Assembly (NCBI GenBank): GCA_964016885.1
Contig: OZ024740.1
Coordinates: 178,064,001 to 178,128,000, forward strand
Direction: 5' to 3'
DNA: 64,000 bases
Source of the DNA: Eledone cirrhosa
Lineage: Eukaryota
Position 1 is the stretch's first letter; each line of letters starts with the position of its first letter. This document shows, in pieces, positions 52,290 to 64,000 of this stretch. A model generated the notes under the pieces. It did no database searches and was not told the DNA's origin. It saw only the letters and a program-made list of their open reading frames with translations. A program made the position numbers and the translations under genes.

Positions 52290-52890
52290 TCATCATCATC
52301 ATCGTTTAACGTCTATCTTCCACGCTAGCATGGGTTAGATGGGAATTGTCCCACTTGAGGCAAGATTGGTCGGGTGACTGTGTCTCGCTTGTATAGGACT
52401 ATCTGGCAGGTTTTCTATGGCTGGATGCTCTTCCTAACACCAACCACATATACAGTGTGGACTGGGAGCTTTTTACGGTGTTACTTACACGACCACATTA
52501 CAGCGTGGACTGTGTTTTTTTGTTGTGACAACTACACGGCCTCATTAGTTTGGACTGGATGTTCTGTGGTACCAACATAACTTTATAGAGAAAGGGTGGT
52601 GTTGGTGGGAGTGGAAGGATGGAGTAGGGGTAGAGGGTTGGGGTGTATGTTTGGTTTGGAGGGGCCTACTGACTGTAGGTTAACTTTGCTCGTAGGGAAG
52701 GCGTGTCTTCTGTATTACTGCACGGCGCCAAAGATCTGTGTCCAGTGACATTGTCTTAGAGAGGTGCAAGTGTGTAAAGTCAGAATTTATCATGTCGTCA
52801 CAGGTTTTTCTGGGTCTACCTACTCCGTAACTTCCATCAATTTTGATCGCCCTGCACTTTTTTATACAGCTGTCATCTTTCATGTGCATC
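52290..52890 (-). mobile_element. RTE family B-like 3' fragment
   Basis: [23 protein letters not shown] plus 3' UTR and tail. Confidence 0.9.
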
Positions 52891-52987
52891 ATTGTTATTT
52901 TTTAGCCTACCATGCAAGGAGATGTAAGACTGAGGGAATGATTCTCAACGGTATTTATACATATTGATGACATTATATAATCCATTA

Positions 52988-53027
52988 TTTCTCTGATGAT
53001 CCCATTGGGGCGAAACATTTGTAAGAG
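52988..53027 (+). ncRNA. Minimal type I hammerhead motif in a Penelope pLTR fragment (~52892-53252)
   Basis: ttct-CTGATGA-tcccattggggc-GAAA-cattt-GTA-agag; homologous to 30233-30266, with shared downstream sequence. Confidence 0.6.
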
Positions 53028-53799
53028 TTATATAAAGAACTTCTTTTAACGGCTTGTAACTCCTTCATTCGTTCATTTGCTATTTCCTGCATCGCTTGAA
53101 CAATATATTAAATATTAAATCTCTTCTATTATTTAACTCCATTAACCCAAGCATTGAGCACACTTCACTTCGGCTATTGGCATTTAGTAATCTGTATCGC
53201 ACTTCTCTGTATCTCTCTGTTTCCTCCTCTCCTACGATACTTATACCCTATTATTATATCGGTGGATTGGCAGTATCGGTAGAGGATCGGACGCCATGCT
53301 TCCCAGCATAGTTACGTCCCTTTACGATCTGAGTTCAAATCCCGCCGAGATTGACTTTGCCTTTCATCCTTATGAGGTCGATAAAATAAAGTACCAGTAA
53401 TGCACTGGGTAATTGCTGGCCTTGTGCCTAAAGTAGAAACAATTATATATATATATACATATACATATATATATATATATATATATACCTATATATATAT
53501 ATACATACATATATATATATATACATATGTAGCGCCCCCACCCCTTTGCGGGAGATATCAGAACTAAAATAAGAGTTGCGTCCCTTTGTGACGGTAGTGA
53601 CCCCTGGTGTCACCTACAGGAGGTAAAAGGAGTTACATCCTCTTGGCCACTATAAGTAAGTGGCTGAAAGATCAACTCCCTCTCTTTGATGCTTCGCAGT
53701 AGCCTCGTTAACAACACGCCAGAATGCAGAGCAAATCCTCAACTCACCAACAGCCTAAGGAGACTCCAGCATCCTCACAAAGAATGGTAAAATATGTCA

Positions 53800-54892
53800 T
53801 CATCATCATCATCATCGTCGTTTAACGTCCATCCGATAGCATGGGTCTCGACGGGAATTGTGCCACTTGAGGCAGATTGGTTGTCTTGCTCAGGACATGT
53901 TTACAGTGTGGACTGGGAGGTTTTTACCGTGTTACCTACACGGCCACATTACAGTGTGGACTGTGTTTTTTTGTCGTGACACCTACACGACCTCATTTAT
54001 TTAGGACTGGATGTTGTGGTGCCAACATAGCATTACATCGAAAGGGGTGGTGTAGATGGCAGTGGGGGTAGGGGTAGTGGAACAGGGGTGTATTTTGGTT
54101 AAGAGGTGCCTACTGACTGTAGGTTTCGCTTTGTACTTAGGCAAGGGGGGTCTTCTGTATTACTGCGTAGCGCCAAAGATCTCGGTCCAGTGACATTGTC
54201 TTGGAGAGGTGTAAGTGTGAGAGGTCGGATTTTATCAAGTCGTCCCAGGTTTTTCTAGGTCTGCCTACTCCGTCTATTACACATCCAATGGAGCATGCAA
54301 GATTCATTCCTCTCCAGTCTGCGTAGATCCTCTGCACACAAGGCCCATGTCTCACTGCCATGTAACATCGCTGTTCGTATGCAGGCATCATACAGCCTGC
54401 CTTTTATTTTTAGAGAGAAACTTTAGCGGCAATAGTGGTATAAGCTCCCTGAACTTTTTCCATCCCGTTCGGACTCTAGCTACAGTACTTTTGGAGCACC
54501 CCTCACCACTGCTGATTTTGTCACCCAGGAGAAGGTGTCCACTATTTCTATAGAACCATCTGGGCAATAGAATGAGCTAGTGTTCTGTGGGCACATATAA
54601 AATCGGCATACGTTAAGACGGGCGTCTGGGAAAGTGAAAGTAAATTATTTGATAACAGAGAATTTGTTTGTTTTGTTTTTTTTACAATGAAAGTTACGAT
54701 ACACACGCAATTGTATGGATTTCTTAATATATATATATGTGTGGGTGTGTATATGTGTGTATATATATGTGTGTCTGTATGTATATATATATGTGTGTTT
54801 GTAAATATATATGTGTTTATGTGTTTGTGTCATCATCATCGTTTAACGTCTATCTAAAGAAAAAATAATCACACACGCAATACTAAGTAACA

Positions 54893-54927
<35 letters not shown>

Positions 54928-57510
54928 ATATGCCTATAAAATCTATATTCTTAGTTAGCTTACCTGTGATCCCACTACATGTTTTATGCACCCATACTTT
55001 GCATTTGGGACATAAAATGGAGTTTCTGCCTACTCCTTTCCTACACACTGAGCATGGCCACTTCCCGGAGGGGACCAGTGCCCTATTCTCCTTCCTACAT
55101 ATTAGGACTTTAGTCTTAGACAAGTTAACTTTAAGGCCTTTTGATTCTAGGCCATGCTTCCATGTTTGGAATTTCTTCTCTAGTTCAGCCATTGATTCGG
55201 CTATGAGCGTTAGATCATCTGCGTATAGGGGTTCCCATGGGCAGCCAGTCTTGAACTCCTCCGTTATAGCTTGGAGGGCGATAATAAATAAGAGGGGGCT
55301 AAGGACAGAGCCCTGATGAACATCAACTTTTACGCTAAACTCTTCACTATAATCGTTGTTAATTCTAACCTTGCTGACTGTTTCTTTATACATGGCTTGT
55401 ATAGCTCTCACAAGCCATTCATCAACACCTAGTTTTCTAAGAGCCCATCAGATAATGGAGGGGTGGACTCTGTCGAAAGCTTTCTCCAGGTCTACAAAAG
55501 CTAAGTAGAGTACAATGAAAAGAGAGTCTGTGGTACTTTTACCCGACACAAACCCGAACTGCATTTCATCTAGATCAATTCGCTCTCTGATTAGTTGCGC
55601 TATAACTTTTTCTGTGACCTTCATGACCTGGTCAATTAATTTAATGCCTCTATAGTTTCTCCTATCTAGGGCATCTCCTTTACCCTTGTAGCAGTTAATG
55701 ATGATGCTGCTACGCCAGTATGACCCCATTCTGTATGACTTGGTTTACTATCTGGGTGACCATAGTGTGTCCCACCGTTCCAGATGCTTTCAGCATTTCA
55801 GCAACTATTTCTGAAGGCCCAGCCGCCTTACCCGTCTTCATATCTTTGATTGCCTTACTTATTATACTACCGTCAACTTGCACTGCTGGTGCCTCTATTG
55901 GATCGATGTGGGGGAGACTGTCTTTCTCCCATTTATTCTCCTCATTTAGTAGCCTTTCGTAGTGACACTTCCAAGCTACCTTCTTATCAGCGTCAGTGAT
56001 GGCAAGTACACCATCATCATTACAGACACACTTCTCCCCGACAATATCACGGTTCTCCTTGACACATTATCTAGCGATCCTGAACACCTCACGATTTTGG
56101 TCCTCGCGTTGTAGAACATGCTTGAACTTTCTTTCCTCTGCTTCCCTTCTTGTGAAGTACACTTGTCTCCTAGCTTCCCTCCTGGCCACTTGATAGTCTT
56201 CTCTACTTCCCCCATCCCGCCATACTTTTTTGGCCTTGATCGACTCCTCCACCTTACTGTTCCACCACCAAGTTACTCTTCTCCTGCCTATAGGTCTGCT
56301 CCAGCCACAGATTTCATCTGTCGCCTTCAGCAGGTTAGCATTCAAGAATTCCCATTGTTCCTCTATATTGTACGACTCTAATTGCTCTTCCTTACTGTCA
56401 AAAGCATCAAGTAATATGCTTTTAAATTTATTACTGGCTGTGGGGTCCTTTAACTTCCATATTTCTCTCCTGAGGATAGTCCTCCTCTGTTGTCGAATAC
56501 GTCTCGTCCTGACTATGAGGTAGCTATCTATGAGTCTATGTTGGGAGGTGCATTCTTCATGGGGGAGGGATTTGGTGTTTACAACAGACACTCTGTCTCG
56601 TCTTCTGGTAAGGATATAATCTCTCTGACTGGCGTGTTCCCCTGATCTATAGGTGATCAAGTGATTGTCTCGTTTTTTGAAGTTTGTGTTACAGATAGTT
56701 AGATTATTTGCGTCACAGAATTCCAGGATTCTGGAGCCCTCCTCATTTCTAGTACCAAACCCATAGCCTCCATGGATTCCATCATAGCCGTCACAGTGTT
56801 GTCCAACGTGACCATTTAAGTCGCCAGCAATAATTATATAGTCACTGTCGGTTATTTGGGAGGTAATGAGCATTAACGACTCATAGAATCTGTCTTTTAT
56901 AATGCCAGGCAGTCCGGGTTGGGGTGCATACGCAGATATTATTGTCACAGTAGTTCTATTGAGGACAAGTCTTATTTTAATTATTCTGTCGTTCACTCTA
57001 TTTACATCTATCATCTTATCTACCCATTTTTCTGCTAGCATGTACCTACTCCACCCAGCCCATTGTCATTTCCCACCCAGAAAAGCTTATAGCATCGTTT
57101 TATAGCCACAATGAATCTATCAGACCCGCCCCTCCACCTGGTCTCTTGAATACAGCAAACATCAACCTCCTTACGTTCAAGCATCTCTACAACCTCGTTA
57201 GAGCGATCTTTTAAGGTACCTACATTCATGGTACCAACTTTGAAGTTTTGGATTGCGTTTGGTGGGTGGGAAGGACAGGCCGCAGGGAGGGGTGAGGGAG
57301 ATGGGGCCAAGTTAGCCGTCCGTGGCCTAAATAAAGAGGAGTCCATGCATTCTCGTCCGGCAGCATGAGGTGAACTTGTCTTTATCTTTGGCATTGTCAC
57401 TGACTGTCCAGATTTTTTCAGACTCTCCAGAATTCCGTAGGCCATCCATCATATCGAAAGGCAACCAGGTCTAAACTTAAGAAGTGATAACATAGGCCGC
57501 TGACTTATGA
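53800..57510 (-). mobile_element. RTE family B, full-length with 5' UTR, decayed
   Basis: APE ([23 protein letters not shown]), RT, 3' UTR and tail; closely similar to 46060-49395 in opposite orientation. Confidence 0.95.
54605..54934. mobile_element. Small DNA-transposon-like insert with 9-bp TSD (Mutator- or Merlin-like)
   Basis: TATAAAATC at 54596-54604 and 54935-54943; ends GGCATA...TATGCC; interrupts the RTE coding sequence. Confidence 0.6.
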
Positions 57511-58177
57511 TTTGTCCAAATAATAATGGTGATGAGTAGAGGCGGGGGGGGGGGGGGGGGGGTGGTAGTTAGCGAGAATGTTATAAAATAAAATCCACAA
57601 AATTTTGGCCGTAATCGAACGAGCATATAACTGTAATAAGGGAAGAATTATGTGATTTTAAAATACAAGAAGATTATTTTGAACTATCAGAGAGAATTAT
57701 CGAATAGCATTGAAAAAGAAAAGGTTGTATTCTGGACGATATGATACAGATAGATGGATGGACTGGGGGACATGGAGAGACGAGAAAATAGGATTCGTAC
57801 ATTACATTTCACAGAAGAGCGAGCGAGCGATGTAGCCAAGAATATGGGTTGACAAATTCTCAGTTTCGTACCCCGCAACAGTTTATTTTATGTTTGAAGA
57901 GAGAGGGGATGGGATTGAGAGAGAGCCAGCAGCAGGCGTCTATACAATGTATGGGGGGGGGGGGGAGAATAGTAGGGAGCAGGAAGATTATTTTATAAAA
58001 TCCTAGAATTTCGACCATATTTAAATGGGTGAGGGGTTATTTTATAAAAATAAAAATCGTACGTTTCATTATTCACTTCTATGAAGTAAACCAGTATAAA
58101 CACACACTGCTATTCTTATTCTTTGTACAATTGTAACACAAATATGTTTACTAATACCATACCATACCATTCTAAAG

Positions 58178-61100
58178 TGGTTGACCCCGATTATGGATTA
58201 TGCAGCCTTCTAACCCCATTGAATTATTTAACATTCTTGAGCACCGTTTCCTTGCTCTTTAGAACACTCCAATATTATTTTTAAACGCAACCTTCGAACA
58301 TTGAACATTTATAAATTGCAATTGTTCGTTTAACAAAAAAATTCACAATGGCTGACTTGTCTGCCAATTTTCTAGCCATTTGTCTTTCTTCTCCGAAATG
58401 CAGCCATCTGATTGGCTGAGACGCATCATGTGATGCCATCTCCTTCTCCAATTTAAAAAAAAAAAAAAACATTTAATTTTTCTGCCTTGAATTTTTGTGA
58501 CTTGTCGATTCTGGATTTTGCAAATTCACCAGATATTTTTTTTTCTTCTTTCTTCATGGATGTTGAAGGAAATTTGTGTCATTTTCCCGTTGTTCCAAAC
58601 ATCTAACACGCGTTGCATTTCTTTACTTGGATATCATTTAGTATTTTTATGTGGAACTGATAATGCTAATGATGAGTAGTCCTAATTTACCTGCGTTCTC
58701 CGGTGATCCCAAGCTCTGGTTTGCGCAACTGGATGCATATTTTACTGCAAATGAAATTAAAACAGAGCAGAAACTCAATGTTTTGACTGGTGGCATACCT
58801 TCGTCGCTCGCGACCACAGTGAAAGATTTGATAACGGGCTCGCCAACCAGTACTTCGTATGATTCGTGAATTATTGGAGGACTAGTGTTTAGGCAACAGG
58901 TCGCCGTCCGAATTTTTACGCCACATTCGGAACCTCAGTGAATCGCCCGATGAGGATAGTTCATTTTTCAAAAAGCTATTTTTCTCTCGCTTGCCAAACA
59001 ATGTCCAGATTATATTGGCTAACATAGTGGACTCGAGCTCAATGGAGCAGATCGCTGCGTCTGCCGATCGAATTGTGGAATTCTCTAGGAAAACTACCTC
59101 GTCGGACTCACTTGTTGCCTCTTCGACCTTTCCGAACCAGCCCGTCTCGACACACGAGGATGCCATGTTGAAGGCAATTGACGCATTCACGCGTCAAGTC
59201 ACGAAATTATGTAGGGAGAGTAGGCCATATCCCAGGCGGCCAAAAAGTCGTTCGCGTTCCTTTGCGACTTCACGCCGTAACGCCAGCTTGTCCGCCAGCA
59301 ATTCGTCTTTTTGCTGGTATCATGCCACCTTCGCTGATAAAGCAAAACACTGCCGGCCACCGTGTAACTATTCAACTTCGGGAAATGCAAACCAGAGTCA
59401 CTGAAGGCGGCAGCTGATCTCTGTGCTACACGCCCAAACCGCCACTTCTTTATTGAGGAACTCCTGTCTGGAAGATCTTTCCTCATAGATACAGGAGCCT
59501 CCTGCAGCATTTGGCCGGTGAACTGTGTTAAAGAAACTCCTCCTGAGTCATCAATGAATCTACAAGCTGTTAATCATTCGCCGATACTGGCTTTTGGACA
59601 AATCTCGCTTCCTCTGCAATTCAGAAATCTTCGACGAGAATTCAAATAGATTTTTACGGTTGCTGACCTACCATATCCGATCTTGGGAGCGGATTTTCTA
59701 CACCCATTTTGCATTGACGGTGGACGTCCATGGCCGACGCCTACTAGACGGCATTACTGGTTTTTCTCTTCGTGGCCAGAAAGCTAATTTTCCAACGGTT
59801 AGCCTGACCTTCTTCATCGCTAATGCTGGGAATGCCTATCATGCATTGTTGAATTCTTTCCCACAGGGAAATTTTTGACTTGTCGAACCGACTCACTCAA
59901 CCATACATTTCATCTCCACTACTGGTGCTCCAGTGTTTTCCCGTCCTCGCCGCTTGCCTGCAGACAAATTGAAGGCAACACGGTCCGAGTTCGATCATAT
60001 GCTACAGCTAGGCATAGTTCGCCCGTCTACGAGCCCTTGGGCTTCTCCGTTACACATGGTACCCAAGACTTCTGGCGACTGGAGACCCACTGGGGATTAT
60101 AGGATGTTAAATGCTATAACTGTCCCGGATAGATATCCTATTCCACACCTGCAAGATTGTGCATCGTCATTGCAGGGATGTAAAGTTTTCTCAAAGCTCG
60201 ATTTGGTGCGAGCTTATCATCAGATTGCTGTCAAGAAAGGAGATATTCCGAAAACGGCCCTTATGACTCCATTTGGATCATTCGAATTTCTTACCATGCC
60301 TTTCGGACTTAGGAATGCTGCTAGCACCTTTCAACGGTTCATGGATGAGGTCACTCGTGGTTTAGACTTCGTCTACACTTATATTGATGATCTGCTTATT
60401 GCTAGTTCCTCCAGAGAAGAACACATACGTCATTTGAATCTTTTGTTTTGTCAACTCAAGGATTACAGTGTTCAAATAAATCCCACAAAATGTGTTTTCG
60501 GTGCGGAATCACTGAAATTTTTTAGGTCATGTCATTGATTCCGAGGGTATTCAACCTCTCCCTCAACGAGTTCAGGCTACAGAGGATTTGCCTCCGCCGA
60601 CCTCACTTCGTCAGTTGCAACAATTCCTAGGACTGATACATTTCTATAGACGTTTTGTTCTGCATTGTGCTAATCTACTCTTCTCTCTTACTAAGATTCT
60701 GAAAAATTGCCGCAAGAAGAAGGAAATCTCTTTGACTCAGACTCAGCTCGAGGATTTTCCAAAAGCCAAATCAGCATTGGCTAGTACATCTTTGCTGGCC
60801 CACCCAGTGTCCAATGCCAAGCTTTCGCTTTGTGTTGATGCGTCGGATACTGCAGTGGGTACAGTCTTACAACAGAGTAGTGACGATCACCAACAACCAT
60901 TGGAATTTTTCTCCAAGAAGTTGAAACCTGCAGAAACTCGCTACAGCACCTTTGGTCGGGAGCTGTTAGCCATCTACCTTTCTGTGAAACATTTTTCACA
61001 TATGCTCGAAGGAAGGTATTTTACAATCTGTACTGACCATAAACCTTTGACCTTCGCTTTAAGGGCAAAGTCCGACAAGTACTCGCCCAGAGAAACAAGG

Positions 61101-61190
61101 CATCTCGACTTTATCTCGCAATTCACAAACAACATGCAACACATTCCAGGCTCATTGAACACAGCGGCTGACGCCCTGTCTTGATTGAAC
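58178..61190 (+). mobile_element. Ty3/Gypsy LTR retrotransposon remnant (gag, PR, RT, RNase H; no integrase or 3' LTR seen)
   Basis: gag LPAFSGDPKLWFAQL..CWYH..F..KAKHC..PC; protease FLIDTGAS; [26 protein letters not shown]; RNase H DASD, YSTFGRELLA, TDHKPL, ADALS; PBS-like TGGTTGACCCCGA near 58178. Confidence 0.93.
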
Positions 61191-61522
61191 TTGGATGTAT
61201 TGTAAATTGAGTTATACTGTCTCCAGTATTTAGCAATTTATAGACAATTCTATCATGGAAACAATTGTAACACTGTAAATAAATTTCCTTGTTTGTACTG
61301 TCAACCATGTTATTATTCACTGTTTTATTAATTCAAGAGCTTCTATCTCCCAGTCAGCCAGCATTAAACCAGTTTACACAATCCTTGAATCGGAGCTTTG
61401 GTTTGTGAGGTGGTCTCTTACCTTTACAAAGCTCACTATACAAAAGTTGTTTGGGGATTCGATCATCCTCCATTCTACAAAGGTGTCCAGTCCATTGCTA
61501 ACGTCGATATACATATAAATAT

Positions 61523-61882
61523 ATATTGTTATACTTTGGGAGGGTCATGCTGCCAATAAAAATACACGCACCTGTTGGTTTTCACTTCAATTTATTATAA
61601 GTTTCCGGTTGGTTGGTTGGTTCGATAACCAGATGGTTGTTTATATATTGCCAAAGCTCTTTCGTCCCACATTCTGTGACCTCCTTAGTGACTGTTTTTA
61701 TTTTGTGTCTCTCCTTTGTTCTATCCTACACCATCTTGGTGTAGCTTTGACAATATATAAACAAACATCCGGTTATCGAACCAACCAACCGACCAACCAG
61801 AAATTTATAATAAATTGAAGTGAAAACCAACAGGTGTGATTGTTTTTATTGGCAGCATGACCCTCGCAAAGTATAACAATAT
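61523..61882. repeat. Foldback: ~136-bp inverted arms, ~84-bp spacer
   Basis: 61523-61658 is the reverse complement of 61743-61882 with several mismatches. Confidence 0.85.
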
Positions 61883-61939
61883 TTGTTTTAACACACGTTT
61901 TGATAAGAAATCTTGCAAAATAAATTCAAAAACGAAATA

Positions 61940-64000
61940 TCTGTATATATATAAAGCCAAAGTTTTGTGTGTGTGTGTGTGTGGACAATTTTTAATGAGG
62001 GCTCATATATTCTAAACCATTGATACGATTTCTTTGAAATTTCTTACAGAGCTTCTCCTTGCACAAAACCTGTACATGATCTACAAAGGCTTTCAAAAAT
62101 CGATATTGGAGCCTTTGGAGACATTAAAAACGTTTCCCAACCAGCAATTTCTGACAGATTACTAAGTTAAGTTATAGATTTGACATTGTATAATTTATCG
62201 TTTCAAGCTTGGTGTTCATACATTACGTTTTGATGCCTTGTGGAAAAAAAGAAGTTACCTCAGCAGATTGTTGACTGGTGTGGTTAAGAAAAAGCAGCGT
62301 CGAGCTAATGAAACTGAGGAGCAGAGGACAACTAGGTTATCCACATTAGCTGCCTACAACGCAAGACTCAATACTTCGCATTCATCACATCGATACTCAG
62401 TAGAAAAGCTTGCGACCCATATGGCAAAAAATGCACAAACCACTGCTGCTTCACGCTCAAATGTGTCTACAGAGGAATGTACTATTCGGTTAGCGCGGAA
62501 TGCTGCCGCAACTGTTGCCTCAAGAGCTGCGGAGATACCTGAACAGTGTGCAACTTGAACAAAACTCAATGCTGCCGTGACTGCTGCCTCAAGAGCTGCG
62601 GAGACACCTGAATAACGCATACGTCGCCAGGCTTCCGATTGTGCTTATCGGACTGCTGCGATAGCTTCTGAAACATTGGTTGAAAGAACTACTCGACTAC
62701 AAATAATTGCGCATCATAAAGCTACGAGGAATAGATGGGTTTTCAAAGCCTTTCATTATGACCCCTCTGAAAATTATGCTGACCACAAAGATGTTGCGAT
62801 TGGTCGTATGTCCAAAATCTGTCACACTGTAAATCACTAACTTGGCCGGAGAGCCTGTTGGTCTATGCTGCTCAAATGGAAAGGTTTGTCTGCCCAACAG
62901 CCCTGAAACTCCACAGCCTTTAAAGTCCTTTCTGCTTGGTGAGCATCCATATTCTCAAGATTTCATGAACTGAATACAGGCATACAATTCTGCATCTCAA
63001 ATGACAAGTTTTGGTCATAAGCCTATATCTTATGTAAACTTTAATCCCACTTTTACCATTGAGGGACAGACGTACCATTTAATTGGTTCTCTTCTAATAA
63101 CAGATGCTTCTCATCATAATTTTCTTCAGATATACTTCATGGGACCAGAGAGAGAGCAAATTGCACGTAGGGCTGCTGTTGCTCCAGGCACATACACGGC
63201 TGTTCTTGGACCTCTTCAGGAAATGCTTCATGAGCACAACCGGTATATCAACCAATTTAAAACGGCTATTCAACGACGCCGGGCAGACAATGCCGACTTT
63301 AAGGTTGTTATTAGAAGTGACAGAACTCCTGTTGGGGAACATAACCGCTGTTACAACCGACCCAAAACAGAGGAGGTTGCTGTTTTGCTTTGCAATCCCA
63401 ATGCAACTCTTTCCAAACGAGATATCATCCTAGAGTGGCAGGACTCCCATCTTAAGAGGACCAATGAATTAAATCCAGCCTATGATGCCCTTCAATACCC
63501 CTTACTATTTCCCTATGGAGAGGGTGGATACAGTCCTCATATCCCTACCATTGTACCTACAGCACACCAAACAGCACAGCCTCCAAAAATGGTTTCCGTG
63601 ATGAACTTCTACAGTTACAGATTGATGGTTAGAACGAACAACTTCAACAGTCTTCACAGAGCAGGGGCTCTTCTGAATCAGTATTTTGTGATTATGTATG
63701 CTAAGGTAGGATTTACTCCCCTTTCAGTCATGTGTACCTATAATTTTTATTAAAATCTTTGCATAACCATCCTATTCTTTACCCTTGCAGATTGACTCGG
63801 AACGACTTCTTTGGATTCACCATAATCAAAAGCAGCTCCGTGCAGATGAATATGCCAAGGTTCGAGACGAGGTTAATAGCAATGACAATGTAACTGCTTC
63901 TGAGGTTGGTATTCGAATCCTGCCATTGTCATATATAGACGGCCCGAGGTATATGCATGAAAATATGCAGGACGCTCTCACATATGTTCATCTTTACAAC
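61940..64000 (+). mobile_element. Helitron 5' end and N-terminal part of RepHel, decayed, running off the window
   Basis: A|TCTGTATATATATAAA 5' terminus; CCSNGKV Cys motif; MTSFG..PTF.I.GQ.YH.IGSL..FLQIYF..YDALQYPLLFP.GE..FYSYRLM..NQKQLRADEY..GPRYMHE..QDA. Confidence 0.92.

Noticed and set aside
58281-58472. Minus-strand ORF as CFAP47 exon 1
   Set aside because: No similarity to the expected N-terminus; lies in the Gypsy leader.

Overview
Eukaryotic, AT-rich, repeat-dense genomic DNA. The repeat repertoire suggests a cephalopod, probably Octopus; this is inferred, not shown. One host gene crosses most of the window on the minus strand: 13 GT-AG exons (51825 to 4636, 2017 nt, about 672 aa, every splice phase consistent) encoding the N-terminal part of CFAP47, a cilia/flagella central-apparatus protein. 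Its first exon and its 3' exons were not found here. The introns hold several RTE-clade LINE families (APE-RT, (GAT)n tails), a near full-length R4/Dong-type RLE LINE, a decayed Tx1/L1-like LINE, a Penelope GIY-YIG fragment, about 19 copies of one tRNA-derived SINE, a second SINE and several MITEs. A Ty3/Gypsy remnant and a Helitron lie at the right end. Most notable: (1) a set of hammerhead-ribozyme-like cores, several tied to Penelope-type pLTR and foldback structures, including one at 43269-43398 with a perfectly palindromic stem III and a ~95-nt stem II region; (2) a kilobase-scale inverted RTE pair enclosing a symmetric, in-frame two-exon module (dsRNA editing or circRNA candidate); (3) an ATTAT-targeting SINE joined tail-to-tail to Dong LINE 3' ends; (4) a Helitron Rep ORF carrying an intron. 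All calls come from reading the sequence by eye; no searches or folding programs were run.
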